A DNA stretch of 63,216 bases, the filler included, from Licmophora abbreviata (Eukaryota): the NCBI GenBank assembly GCA_900291995.1. It is 9 parts of 9 records of this genome, joined end to end, with 100 filler letters (N's around TTAATTAATTAA, not from the genome) between each part and the next. Parts side by side here need not be neighbours in the genome. Positions count along the whole stretch, not along the records: positions 24,376 to 37,627 come from OLMU01002024.1; positions 37,728 to 50,496 come from OLMU01002025.1; 7 more parts are not named here. One strand, written 5' to 3'. Below the pieces are notes generated by a model. The model saw only the letters and a list, made by a program, of their open reading frames with translations, was not told where the DNA came from and did no database searches. A program made the translations under genes and the position numbers. Shown piece by piece: positions 31,675 through 44,139 of this stretch (position 1 is the first letter of the stretch; every line of letters starts with the position of its first letter).

Positions 31675-33154
31675 ATGGCGCCCGGGGAGGCAACGAAGGG
31701 GACACTGACGGAACGAATCACTGACGAAACTCGAGCGACCGAGGGGCAGGCGGGGCGACAACACACAGCAAACAGCAGCAGATCCTCGGGATCAGCCAGG
31801 GAGGAGCTGTCGGAAGACTCTGCTACGACTGCGACGCGTCCACGCAAAGCGGACGAACCTGCGTTAGTAATAGAGGAAGGATCATTGGGGCGGAGGAGGA
31901 CTATGAAGACGCGTGGAAACACGGCCAAGGAGCGAAGTCTAGAGGAAGCCAGCACTAAAGCGGGAGTTTCCTTTGATGCGACGACCAGCACCGCCAAGTC
32001 GGCGGCCGCCAACGCAGCAGCAGAAGCAGCTCGAGAGTCGCAACCCCAAATGCTACTTGCCAGCTACCTAGGAAAACCAATTGCACTACCGCTAGTCACT
32101 CCTCTCGTGGCACCTCAGGAACATCCAGTGGAACTTCCCCCATCACCTCCCAGCGTGCCCCATCCCGCACACGGCCCAAATGAGCACGATAGCGACGACG
32201 AGAGCGGGAAGTACTCAAAGTCTCCCAAACGTCGCGGTGTACCGCACATCTATCATGACTACTCGAAAGTCCCCGATACGTTCGGATACGCTCGCAAGAA
32301 GACCGGCGGTGTGACACAGCCTTTCCCCGAAAAGCTCATGGAAATGCTCGCCAAGGAAACGGACGTTCAGCACATTGTAGGGTGGCTCCCCCACGGTAGA
32401 GCCTTCATTGTCCGTAAACCCAAGGCATTTACCGAAGAAATTATGCACAAGCATTTTCGTCAAACCAAGTTGACATCCTTCCAAAGACAACTCAACCTGT
32501 ACGGATTTCGTCGCCTCACTCAAGGACCGGATGCTGGAGCCTACTACCATGAGATGTTTCTACGAGGCAGACCCCAACTCTGTCTACGCATGCATCGACG
32601 AAAAGGTGAAGGGGACTGGGCACAAGCAACCGGCAGATGCGCAATCGGAGCCCAATTTTTATGCTATGGCGCACCAACCTCCGTCGTCGCCGGATAGTGC
32701 CGTGATGGAACCAGAGAGTCCTGGCATTCAAGGTTTGCATGGCGCCGCTCATGCACTCAGTGGACTAGCTATGGGAAGTATCGGGCTGGGTGCCTTACAA
32801 GGAACCAGTCCTGGAAGTACTAGACCTACAGCGTCGACTTCAATGTGCCAACAGCTCCATACCAGCTGGGGCGCAACTACCAGTACTGCCTCCGACGAGA
32901 GATCCGCAGCGGCTTCCTCAAGCAAACCGGCCGCCTTTTATTGGCCTCCTGCTGTCAAGATGAGCCGTTCGTCGCAACCTTTCGAAACAAAAGCACCGGC
33001 GACTAGCACCAACATTTGGTCCGATGCGAATCGCCGTCCGCCAACCACGGCACTTGCTTCCAACCTCTGGGCACAGGCAGGCGGTACTGTCTTTGATCAT
33101 GGTGACGATTCGTCCGGATCCGAAGCTGAGGGCAAAAAGGCGACGCCTATTTAA
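31675..33154 (+). CDS. Heat-shock factor (HSF)-type transcription factor; apparent 1-nt frameshift near 32600
   Basis: GGVTQPFPEKL, VGWLPHGRAF, FRQTKLTSFQRQLNLYGF and YYHEMFLRG. The continuation KVKGTG...EPNFY lies in the adjacent frame. Confidence 0.88.
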
Positions 33155-33278
33155 GGAGTCTTTAGCTATGTACCATACTAGGTGTACGGAACTATTGGTT
33201 TTGTTGTTCAGATTAAGACATTATAGGTTTCAAGTCAGTCTAGGTCTTGGGACGGGATTCACAATCGTAATAGTTACC

Positions 33279-35947
33279 TCATTTATAAGCATCGTGTGCG
33301 CCAACCGGAAGCCACTTTCGTCGTCGAAACGGCACAACGCCCGCAACTTGACCAACGTGGCCTTGGGGAATGCTTTGCGGTTGTTGCTTGGGTGGAAACA
33401 GAGCGGGCCTAGCGCCTGTAGCTTCACCCGATACCAAGTGACGGTGGTATTTTTCTTCTCCGAGCGACTGGTTGGAAGTTTGTGGCGTCGAGGCCGAAGA
33501 AGATTCCTGCGACGGTTTCAGAATGGGCACAAGTGAACCAATGGACGACGTATCTGAAACAATGCTGTTCATGCGGTCGTCGAGGCCAGTGGCGGGTACC
33601 TCATCGCAAGCGTTCGATGGACTACGTTCCGACGCAACTGTCTGTAAAAGTTCTGTGCCTCCAAAGAGACCGCAATCCATTGACTGGATCCTGATCGACT
33701 TGATCCACTGCGAGGGCTGCAGAAACGAACTGAGCGACTGTGGAGTAGTCGCGGGTGGAGCAATAGGAGGGAGCATGGGGGACGCGGAGTTGTAGGTCGA
33801 GTTCGATGATGAGGCCTATTGGACACGGTGGGACAAAATCGAGCAAACGTGAGGCACAAGTCAGCAGATGTGTTACAAATTCCCATAATTGCATCACGTA
33901 CCACGCTCGCAAGATACTCCGGGGATGCGGCGTGTGACTCGCACTGGGAGAAGTCGTAACGCAAAAATCCATCCGTGTGCTGCGAAGACTGGAACGAGCG
34001 CGAGTCTGACCCTTCCGTGTCGAGCGTCATTTCCATATCACTCTCCATGTTGTCGTTTCCGTTCTCGTCCCAGACTCTTACTCTCAGGATTTCATCCTAG
34101 AAAGAACACGATAGCGAGGGGAAGGCAAACAAATCAGGGCAAGTTCGGTTAACGAACAAAAATTGTCCAATGCGAGGAAATAAACTCACCCCTCCATCGC
34201 GTCGGGAGACGCCGTAGGGATCTATCGTGACGGAGGACTGATCTGTTCCGGTATCGAAGTCGGCAATAGAACTGTCGGACGACTCATGGTTGGCACGGGT
34301 TCGTCGCGAGACAGAAATGACGACGAAGGAAACAAAGCAGAATACAATGACAACAATCGGGATGATAACACGGTTGCCATCGTCGCTCCTAATGGATTCC
34401 GACACAGTGTGATCCTCGATTCCATAAGCATGTAGTTCGGCCGTAGGAGATGCTGACGCCGCAGATGGTGATGTTGGGATTATGCTATGCACTTGTGTGA
34501 ACGTTGGGGTAGATGTGTTGCCGGGTTGAGTCGAAAATGGAGCAGTCGTATCTGAACGCACTACGGAAGGTGATAACGAGACTCCGTCGACGCTCGAACC
34601 TAAACTCGGTGCCTCTGTGCTAGGTGGTCCCAAGCTAGGGACTGAAGATTTCGTTGCACTCGACGGCTCAATCGAAGGGGATTCATTCAGGCTCGGAGAT
34701 CCAGATGAATGCGGCAAGGGCGTAGATGGTTCTCGATTAGTTGGGCTGTGCGAAGGTACTACCGACAGATTTTGGCTGGGCGCAGGTGTCGGGAGCACGA
34801 TGGTTGTCGGTGTCGAACTGAATTCTGTGCTAACAAGAGATGGGACAGCGCTGTTCAAATCCGATGGAGTCGACGAAGGGAAAAGCAACGCGGCATTGTC
34901 CGAGGTACCAGACGGCCCAGTGCTGTCAACTCCCGTCGGCGAGACTGACGGAGTAGAAAGAGTGGTATTCTCCAAACTCCATGACGGTTCCGAGCTCGTG
35001 ATGAACGTCGGAGCTATTAACGGGACATCCGTCGACACAACGTGGCACGTCGTGCTACCTATCACGTTAGACGAAATGTCGCAAGGTAGACAGGGCGAAG
35101 AGTCGTCGACCTGTCGCCCATATTGAGGCTCGAAAAAGCCAGTGCCACACGCAAGTCCGTCGCAGCCGAACTTGTTCGGTACGAGATCATTGAAGTCCCT
35201 CTCTAGACACAGACTTGACGGCAGCTGTCCAGTTAGACCCAGGTTTCGAATCCGCAAAACCTTTAAATGCGGTAGATTGCCAAAGCATGTAGGAAGTTCG
35301 CCGTGCAACTTTCGATTCTCTGACAGATCAAGAGCGGTTATGTGTTCCAGACGGCAAAGAGACTGAGCAATCATACCAGATAGGTCGTTGTGCTGCAGCA
35401 TCACGTGTCTCAGACGAATTAAAGGTGTAAAATCCGGTATCGGTCCATCGAGGTTGTTTCGACCCAAATTCACTTGCCGCAGGTGAGTAAGCAGCGATAA
35501 AGACCGCGGAATTTCACCAATGAGAGAATTGTTGTATACCTTGAGGCGACGGAGATACGATAGCCGTCCAAGGCTTGAGGGTAGTGTTCCCGACAGACCT
35601 GTCGAGTTCAAGTCCAGAGCAATAACCTGATCAGCGCTGTCACAGATCACACCTTCGAAATAGCAAACTTCCGTGTCGACCTTGCCAGCCCTGTCTTCCA
35701 TAAACCAGTCAAGAAAGCCACTGCCAGAAACCGCAGCATGTGAGTCAAACACGTCGCGTAAGACAATCAATTGCGCCTCCCTGTCTTGATTCTGAGTAGT
35801 ATCGACGGGTCCATCGATTGGTAAGCTGATCGGTGCGGCGATACCAGTGAGCCGTGGAGTCCTTATTCGCACAGATTCCAACTCATCGTCAAAACCAAAA
35901 GTGGTTGTCAAGAGAACAGAAACAGAAAGAATCGATCGAAACCTCAT
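33279..35947 (-). CDS. LRR type-I membrane (receptor-like) protein; exons 35947-34190, 34096-33902, 33815-33279
   Basis: Signal peptide, plant-type LRRs (LSGTLPSSLGRL, LIGEIPRSL), Cys-rich cap, P/S/T-rich stalk and TM helix (VIIPIVVIVFCFVSFVVI). Two phase-0 introns join a Ser-rich cytoplasmic tail. Confidence 0.8.
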
Positions 35948-36099
35948 GGTGGAATGGATGAACTGTGATGCAGGTTTCGACAATCATGCTAAACCATGTC
36001 GTCACAGCGTGGAATACCGTGGACAACGCCAAGCATCCTCTCCGACAAACGCCAGTAGAGGTGCCATAGCAATTGGGGTGACATAACCTAAAACAGGGA

Positions 36100-38303
36100 T
36101 TACCCCCATCGACTCCGTTTCCGAGGCGGAGGTACGTCGACGTTCAGCGTGGGCGGTCCGTAGTGGCCGGAGTGTCCGCGCGCCAATTCACGCCGCTGTT
36201 CATCTCGAAGTGATGATGACGACGGATCATCTTCATGAAACCCGAGTCCCGACTTGTTCCACTTCGTACGCGCGGCAACGTTGCCCGACCGACGACTCTT
36301 GCCCGCCAATGTCTTCAGTTCGTCAGTCACGTCTCTTCCCTCCCGTTCAAACGCACTCGATAGTGTGTGCGCAAAATCCGCATTCTTTGGCGTCAACAAT
36401 GTATACGCCACGCCCTTTTGATGTTCGTCATTCTGTAGTCGACCTGCACGGCCGACACGATGTACGTGCGCATCGAGTGTCTTGGCAGGATCGAAGTTGA
36501 CGACGGTTGAAACGTCACGCACGTCCAGTCCCCGAGCCGCGACATCTGTGGCAATCAGGGCCCCTAATTTGCCTTTGGAAAACGCCTTCAACGCCTTGTT
36601 GCGATCACTCTGATGCTTGTCGCCGTGCAGTGTTTCCACTACAAGCTGGCTAGTCGTCGCGTCCGTTGTCGTCTGCGACGACGATGCCGTGTTGGCTCGT
36701 ATCAGTTCTGCTAGTACCTCACAATCGGCTCGAGTCGCGACAAATACAAGCGTCTTGCCCACCCTGGCAAGCACGGGAAGCATTTCAAGGAACCATTGCT
36801 TTTTGGCATGGTAATTCGGGAGCACCATGACGTGTTGATCAACATGCTGCGATGCTTCTCCTGTTCGTCCGACCGATATTCGAATTGCATCGCTCTGTAA
36901 CCATTCACGCGCAAGGCGTTCCACCTTGCGTCCCATGGTGGCACTCAACAAGAGAGACTGTCGATCTGGACGAATCTTTCGAAGAATACTAGTGCACTGC
37001 TGTTCAAATCCCATATCCAGCATCTTATCCGCCTCGTCCAGTACAATCATGGTAGTACGCTGAAGTGTCATGCCACCCTTTTTCTGAACCTGCAGGACAT
37101 CCAGGAATCTCCCCGGTGTGGCCACTACAATGTCAACACCACGTTGTTTCAATTGCTGAACCAAGTGATATTTCGACGTGCCTCCGGTAATGCAAACGGA
37201 CTTGGAATTGGGTTGTGTTTGAAGGAACGTGGAGACATGCGAATGCACTTGTTGACATAGTTCTCGAGTTGGGACTAATATGCAACCAACGGGACCGGTT
37301 TCGCCGCGGTCTAGAGGTCGTTGGTCGCAAACATGCACAATCATGGGCCAAACATACGCCAGCGTCTTGCCGGATCCGGTGGCGGCCGTGACTATTGCAT
37401 CTTTGCCACTCAACGCGATGGGCAGTGTCTGGGATTGCACGAGCGTTGGATGAGTGAATTGTTTGGTAATGGCATCAAGCAAGGTATCTCCAAACACAGA
37501 ATTGAGTTCACTAAACTCCAATAAGGGATCCATGGTAGCTGGGTGACAGGTTATGCTGTGTTGTTGACGCCAAGTTTGACCTCGCATGGTATCGGCGGGC
37601 GTCCAAAATTGCTTGTGGAAGTCCTCGNNNNNNNNNNNNNNNNNNNNNNNNNNNNNNNNNNNNNNNNNNNNTTAATTAATTAANNNNNNNNNNNNNNNNN
37701 NNNNNNNNNNNNNNNNNNNNNNNNNNNGTGACAGGTTATGCTGTGTTGTTGACGCCAAGTTTGACCTCGCATGGTATCGGCGGGCGTCCAAAATTGCTTG
37801 TGGAAGTCCTCGTACGGAATGTTGGTCTCGTTCTGTACGGGCGCTGCAAGCTGTCGAACAATGTTGGCCTCGAATTGTTCTTGTTTCAATTTTTTCTTTG
37901 CCCGTATAGAAAACAAGCTGTCGCCATCGTCGCTTTGATCGGCGTCGTCGTGATGGCCTGCACTACCTTGTCCCGCTCGATGAAACGTGCTTTCAAGGGC
38001 GTGCCGTGCGGCCGTGATATTCGGAAACGAGGAGGATTCTGTCACATTAGTGTCGTGATTTGTTATTGGTGTCGGCTCTTTCCAATGATCTGTGGCTTCA
38101 TCTTCATTCAATATATTCAGTCGTTCGGCGCGGTGCTCTTTCGTCGAGGCATTCGTCGTAGTAGTGGATGTTTCTAGAGATTTCATGTAAGCGTCGAGCG
38201 GATCTTCTTCATTATTACTATTGCCATTGCTGTCATGTGAGATCTCTTGCTCTTCCACAATGTCATCTTCATCATCGCTTTGCGGATTATTAAACCAATC
38301 CAT
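36100..38303 (-). CDS. DEAD-box RNA helicase, DDX42-like (split by a gap with an 85-bp duplicated overlap)
   Basis: EEDPLDAYM N-terminus, AATGSGKT, PTREL, TPGR, DEAD, SAT, ARGLD and HRVGRAGR; C-terminal RKRSRW. Confidence 0.88.
37628..37727. other. Artificial spacer; flanks 37543-37627 and 37728-37812 are identical (unmerged contig overlap)
   Basis: The same 85-nt sequence lies on both sides of the gap. Confidence 0.95.
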
Positions 38304-38672
38304 GGTGAGGATGGTTGATGTGTACCGTATGATAGCAATCGTCTGCCGCCGCGGGTCTCGCCATGGTCCAATTTCGAAACTGATGGCTCAAACTGGGACA
38401 CAGATTAGAGATTTATCAGCACTGGTTGTTGGGCTGGATTCGATTCATCCTCACTCACCCATCACACAGACAACTCGACATTTTGGAAAGTGAGTCGAGT
38501 CGAGTCAGTCGACTATGCTTGAAAAAGCGCGCGCCCGACAAGCACAATGACGACGCCGCGACGAAAACGACCGACGTGTTCCGCATTTTCCGTTGTCCCA
38601 CGCCTCTCACTACATGCCGGTACACCGTGTGGGTCTACTCTCTTTCTCTTGTTTTCCTCCCTGCTCCTCAAC

Positions 38673-39674
38673 ATGACAAGCGCCACCATGGATAGCAGCG
38701 CAGCTCTCAGCGCCGATGACAACGACGACGAGATGCTGCTGGTCGGCGAGGAGCCCTTGTTGGACATCAAGGTCGAAGAGGCGGGCGTAACAGCCATTTT
38801 GGAGGCACTCTCAGAGGCTGAAAAGTCCCAATTGAGCGACGTAAACATGCCCTTGCGTCACTTTCGGGCCGAAAAGGGAAATACCGAAAAGGCAATTCAG
38901 AAATTAAAAGCCACGCTGGAGTGGCGTCAAGAATTCGGTGTGGACAAAATCAAACATTGCATGGATCAGAAGGATCCCGACTATGACGAGATGCGTCAAA
39001 TCATCCTGAAAGAAAACGAAACAGGCAAGATTTACAGTCGTGGCTATGACAATAGTGGACGTGCGTGCATGTACATGCGTCCGGCACGAGAAAACACGCA
39101 TCAGGAAGAAAATAACATGCGTCATCTTGTCTATCAACTGGAACGGGCCATTGCCTGTACACAGCACAAGAGCGGAAAGGAAAAGATCAACCTCATTATT
39201 GATTATCGAGGATTCAGGTTGCGAGATTCGCCGCCGTTGAGTACCAGTCGATACACATTGGATATCTTGCAGAAGCATTATCCTGAGCGAATGTGAGTAG
39301 GGTCGTGGAACGGGTGTAGGACCACTCGTAGTATTGTGCAACGAAAGCCATCTTGTACCATATGATACATGGTATCACTACCACTATACATGTCGCTCAC
39401 GTCGCTCGCTTGCGATCATATTGACAGGTATCGTGCGTATGTTTGCAATCCACCCCTGGTCTTTCGTACCTTTTGGACCATTATCAAGCCATTTGTCGAT
39501 CCCACCACCAAGGAAAAGATTGTGTTCTGTAGTGGCAAGGCTGGAAAGCTCAAGTTGGCGCAAAATTTTGATCTTGACAAGATGGAGGCGTGCTGCATGG
39601 GACCGGGGAATTTGCGGGAGTTCGATTCCAAGGAGTATCTTAGCAATCCGTTCCATACGACGTTTGACGAATGA
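38673..39674 (+). CDS. CRAL-TRIO (Sec14-like) lipid-binding protein; intron 39293-39428
   Basis: LRHFRAEK, LKATLEWR, GYDNSGR, LQKHYPERM and FWTIIKPFVDPTTKEKIVF. Confidence 0.9.
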
Positions 39675-39754
39675 ATCAAAGAATCAATATGTGAATGAGT
39701 GCTGAAAACATGGTTGTCCGAAGTCTACTAGTCTAGCCAACTATTGCAGTGATA

Positions 39755-40525
39755 CTATGCACTCTCATTGACTTCAAAGACTGGCTTGACCGGACGCCCT
39801 TGTTCGTCTCGCACCACTCGCAATCCACCCTTTTGCACTTCGTCTCCTACGTATATTTCAGGATTAAACCCGACATCGGATACACGGAAGGTGTCGGAGA
39901 TATCTCGCGTACTACCCTCTACCAACTCCAATACTACCTTGTTCTGTACGACATCCATTTCACTGTCGCCAGGTGCCAACCACAGTTCCAGAGAGGAAGC
40001 ATATGGTCCACCGAAATTCTGAGGTCGCAGCTGGTTCTTGGCGTATTCGAGAATCAAGCGTTTTTGAGACAAGACTGCTTCCTGAGGTGTTGGAACAGAC
40101 GTTCCCACCAAGTCGCTCTCATCTAGACATCTTGCAATCTTTCCAACGAACCAATAGAGCGTGGCGTTGTTGGCAGGGGATCGGACATAGACATCGTGTG
40201 TGCAGTCAGCAGCATTATCGGATTCTTTGCGAAGACGATCGAACGTATTAGCGGCGATTCGAAGAGGTTTCGTACCACTGCCAGTAAATCCCGAAACTGA
40301 TCGAACCTTAGTAGAATCAGAGGAAGAAGATGGAGGCTTTGCATCGCCGCCAAACCCCCCACCGCCAGCGCCCGACGATGGTGACTTTTTCGATCGCTTC
40401 TTGGATTTGGAGGCTTCTAGAGAAGTAACGAAACGCTCGATTCGGGGTTGTAATGTAAAGCAAGTACTGAAGGACACAATAAGAGCGGTGTACAAGGCAA
40501 GCAGAGCAGCCGAAACAGGCTTCAT
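39755..40525 (-). CDS. Hypothetical plastid-targeted protein
   Basis: Signal peptide ending STC-FTL (Phe at +1), transit-like region and GGGGFGG linker, then a globular domain with WFVGK. Confidence 0.7.
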   Translation of the reverse strand: MKPVSAALLALYTALIVSFSTCFTLQPRIERFVTSLEASKSKKRSKKSPSSGAGGGGFGGDAKPPSSSSDSTKVRSVSGFTGSGTKPLRIAANTFDRLRKESDNAADCTHDVYVRSPANNATLYWFVGKIARCLDESDLVGTSVPTPQEAVLSQKRLILEYAKNQLRPQNFGGPYASSLELWLAPGDSEMDVVQNKVVLELVEGSTRDISDTFRVSDVGFNPEIYVGDEVQKGGLRVVRDEQGRPVKPVFEVNESA

Positions 40526-41258
40526 GATGGTGATGAAGCAGCAAGACAATAAGGTTGACGACAGAGTTCGAATGTGACATTTTTGTGATGTGTCTGTGGT
40601 GAACTGAAAATACCCCCATAACCCGTTTCCAGAGGGACCGAAGAGGAGCGCGGGAACCCACCATGATGGAAACCTCTGCCGCCACACGGCGTCTTTCCAT
40701 CATCGACGACCAAGAGACTGTTCACTATATAGAAATGGACGAGGGTGAGCTACTCGCGGTCTCGTTTGATCCCCCATCGACGCCGAAAACGACATGATAC
40801 GCTCATTTCGAACGATATGGCTCCACTTGCCTCGTGTCGAAGAGCAATCTTCTCGTACGATGCTGACATGCGCGCAAGACTACCAGTACGACACCAAGTC
40901 TCGACATATCTCGGGGTAGAACAGACCCCAGCAGGCGTCGTTCTCTTGGCGACCATCGTCGCGGTTCCAGTTCCGCGTGCGCCCGTTTCGGCTCGGTGCG
41001 CACTCCTGAAGTATCTAAAGTCTGGCGCGCCATTATTTTCTTGTAGAGTACGTACTGATCCTACGTACTCTCGAGCTCTTCACATACACGAAAGGAATCA
41101 GTACCTCTCAACATACGATGCTGTCAGTATACTTTCTACGACGACAAGAAGTGGACGATGCCGAGAGCTCACTTTTTTCCGATATCGTGTGTCATCACAA
41201 TCGCCTTGCCGTTGCTCTCTTGTACGCATTCTTTGCTTCGCACTCTCTCTTTCTTACC

Positions 41259-41792
41259 ATGTCCCCCAAGACGAACGAACCCGAAGCCCTCCCCGCTCCT
41301 GCCAAGGAAGAAGCGTCCACCGCCGCCGCCGCCAAGTCGCCGGAACCCGCCGTCCTTCTCAAGACTGCCGACGACAAGAAGCGCGAGTCGCCCGATCCTC
41401 AGCCCGAAGGCCAGCCCGATGCCAAGAAGGTAGTCATCGAAGCTCCTTTCGACGAGGAGGAGGAGAAGAAGAAGGATGACGACACCAAGGAGGAAGACAA
41501 GGGCCAGGACGAGGCCAACAGCAACAACAAGATCGCCGTCGTCGAGGAACCCGCGGCAGAGGAGCCCCCCAAGGACGACGCTGCCAAGGACAAGACTACC
41601 GAGAACCCTTCCACCAAGCCTGACACCGAAATGCCCGTGGAAGTCGAAGAAAGTGGTGAGACCACGAAGGAGGACGGTGGCAAGACGCAAGAGTCTGTCA
41701 CGGCTGCCGCCAATGACGACGTCGCCACGGCCGTCAGCGATGCTCCTGCTGTCGATGAGACGGCCACCAAGGAGATTGCTGTGGCACAGTAG
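41259..41792 (+). CDS. Acidic, low-complexity (A/E/K/D/P/T-rich) intrinsically disordered protein
   Basis: 177-aa ORF with strong GC3 codon bias and an accATG start. Confidence 0.7.
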   Translation: MSPKTNEPEALPAPAKEEASTAAAAKSPEPAVLLKTADDKKRESPDPQPEGQPDAKKVVIEAPFDEEEEKKKDDDTKEEDKGQDEANSNNKIAVVEEPAAEEPPKDDAAKDKTTENPSTKPDTEMPVEVEESGETTKEDGGKTQESVTAAANDDVATAVSDAPAVDETATKEIAVAQ

Positions 41793-42327
41793 GGTGGACA
41801 GTGTAGTGTAGGGTTGGGGGACCGTGGGCCTTTGCTCTTGTTGTCCATTCGTCGTCGCTTGTGATCCGCAGTGGTGCGCGATGGCATGTTCGACTGACTG
41901 GAATGGACCTCCTGTATTGCAGCCCTTTCGATATACAACGACATAACTTTCTAGATTGGAATATACTGGACACTCGTATGGTAGCACTAGTAGACCCTAG
42001 TGCAGGTAAGAGTAATGGAGCAAGTAAACGGATGCAGACGGCCTTCAACAAGCTTCATCAAGCGCCGTCGCAATGGTTGGCCGTCATTCCTGCGTCGGGT
42101 TTCGTGATGAACGAGTAGAGAGAGTCGAGTCGAGCGAGTCACTAGAGTCGAGTGGATCAAGCTTTTCAGAACTGTCCGTCAATCCGTCCGTCGCCTGGAA
42201 CACGTCATCAATCGTTGATTTTCGACCGCAAAAAAAATGATGCAATGTCACATTTCACAATTCGCAATCTTGGATCTTCGAAGTGTATCTCGGCCTACCA
42301 ATACCTGATCTATATTATTTGTTCACC

Positions 42328-43326
42328 ATGATTCTCAAGACTCTCGTTGCTCTGGCGCTATTTGCTTGTGTTCTTTCGTTGGCTGCTGCCAGTAAGCTGG
42401 ATAAGGCTTGGACGACACCAAAGAAGGAGGGAGATTCGGTGCCGTCGGTCACATTTGTTACTCGCGTCCGCAATGACTCCGGTGACGAGAATCCCTTCGA
42501 GTGGAAGGAAATGACGTCTGAAGACTACTTCAAGGGAAAACGCGTTGCACTGTAAGTTCATCAGTGGGAGGAAGGGTCGAAGTTTGTCATGTGATTTCCG
42601 TCACGGTTCCGTCGCGCCTCCTGGGCCGATTCGAGAATTGGGATGGTCGTTCTTTGCGAAGATGCTGTTAGGGTCGACGGAGGTGCAATGACTTCCAGTC
42701 TAGGAAAAGATCCTTTTCTTCCTCATCTTACGCTCGCATCCGTACGCATCACAGATTTGCTATTCCTGGTGCCTTCACACCGACGTGCAGTTCGACTCAT
42801 TTGCCCGGATACGACGACCACTACGATGACCTGTTGGCTTTGGGTGTCGACGAAGTGTACTGCCTGAGTGTCAACGACGCATTTGTCCTTCGACAATGGG
42901 GACTCCATCAGGGGTGAGTTCATGTCAATGAATGCATCATTTTGGTCAGCATGGACAGTCAAGTGCCGTGTTGTGTTTTCAAACCTAGTAGACTGTCTCA
43001 CGTGGTCTGGCTGAATGTATTTTTTCCTTTGCAGTCTTGAGGAAGACAAGACTCCTGGATCTCTTGGATTCGAGACGGTCAAGCTCATTCCGGACGGCGC
43101 TGCCGCATTTACTCGTGCAATGGGTATGTCGTGCTTGTGGGATACCGAACGTGGCTTTGGAGAGCGATCCTGGCGTTACAGTATGGTTGTTGACGACATG
43201 AAGATCGAAAAGATCTTTGTCGAGGGTGGTGGTGTCACGCAGAATTCAGAAGCCGATCCGTTTGAGGTTTCCGATGTCGATTCCATGATGGCGTATTTGA
43301 AGAGCGCAAAGAATGATGAGCTGTAG
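42328..43326 (+). CDS. Type II (Prx5-like) peroxiredoxin with signal peptide and C-terminal NDEL; exons 42328-42551, 42755-42913, 43035-43326
   Basis: [41 protein letters not shown] and [13 protein letters not shown]. Two in-frame introns. Confidence 0.9.
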
Positions 43327-44139
43327 AGAGCGCGCGTGTTCTGACGATGTTGAGAGCGGCCGCAATCATGCGTTGTGCTCTGCTAGCTGCATTTCCTTCT
43401 ACTGTACGATCTTTAACGCTGAGCTTACAATATGAGGAGTGCCAGGCTATCGCGTAGCGTCATTGGATTCAACACTGCTGCTGTTGGCTCCTTTGCTTTC
43501 GTGCTCGTCTCCCACGTTGCATCCCCACACCCGCGTCTTAGGTTCGACCCTCGTATCTTTGATGTCCACTGTTGGGAAGATTGGAAGAGGTGACTGGTCG
43601 TGATAGCCAATGGCCACCTTGAAGATCAGATCCATGATCTTATCATAAATTGTAAGGACGGGTTTCTTGAGATCAGGAAGTCCTGGTAGTCGTTGATGAA
43701 GACCGCTTCGCAGGACGCGGTGAGTGTATGTCTACTCTTGTAGGTATCCATAATGTCCAGACGATCGGGCTTGACTACCCACTGTGAAAAGTCAGTCAAA
43801 TTTCGAAAAAAGAATCCCTGAGGTTCCAAGCATCACGGCACCCGACGTGTTTAACGCCCAAGCGCGAGACCAAAAGTTGCTGAGCCATTGCCGTCTGTCG
43901 GATCGTCGAGCACTAGTATCTTATCATGAAGCGCAGTGTGGTGTCATCTTTCAGTCTTTCGAACCGTTTGAGTTCTCATCTACGTCACGATGACAAAAAG
44001 GTGGCGCGCCAAAGCAGACCAGACGATGCGAACCCCTCGTTCGGCGAAATCCCGGGGCGATGACTTCAAAAGATTTCTCCGCGCTTCGACTCTCCAGGAC
44101 GACGAAAATTGCTTCCATTTTGCTGCTCTCACATTGCCC

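Noticed and set aside
22140..32615. Programmed ribosomal frameshifting in the RRM and HSF genes
   Set aside because: I saw no canonical slippery site with a downstream structure; several indels in a fragmented draft point to consensus errors.
37543..37812. 85-bp direct repeat in the DEAD-box gene as a duplication or target-site repeat
   Set aside because: It flanks an assembly gap exactly; merging the overlap restores one continuous ORF.
41169..41987. Long antisense ORFs (272 aa here; also 7112-7867, 29867-30643, 43951-44652, 54169-54876)
   Set aside because: These are shadow frames of GC3-biased genes on the opposite strand with no recognisable motifs.
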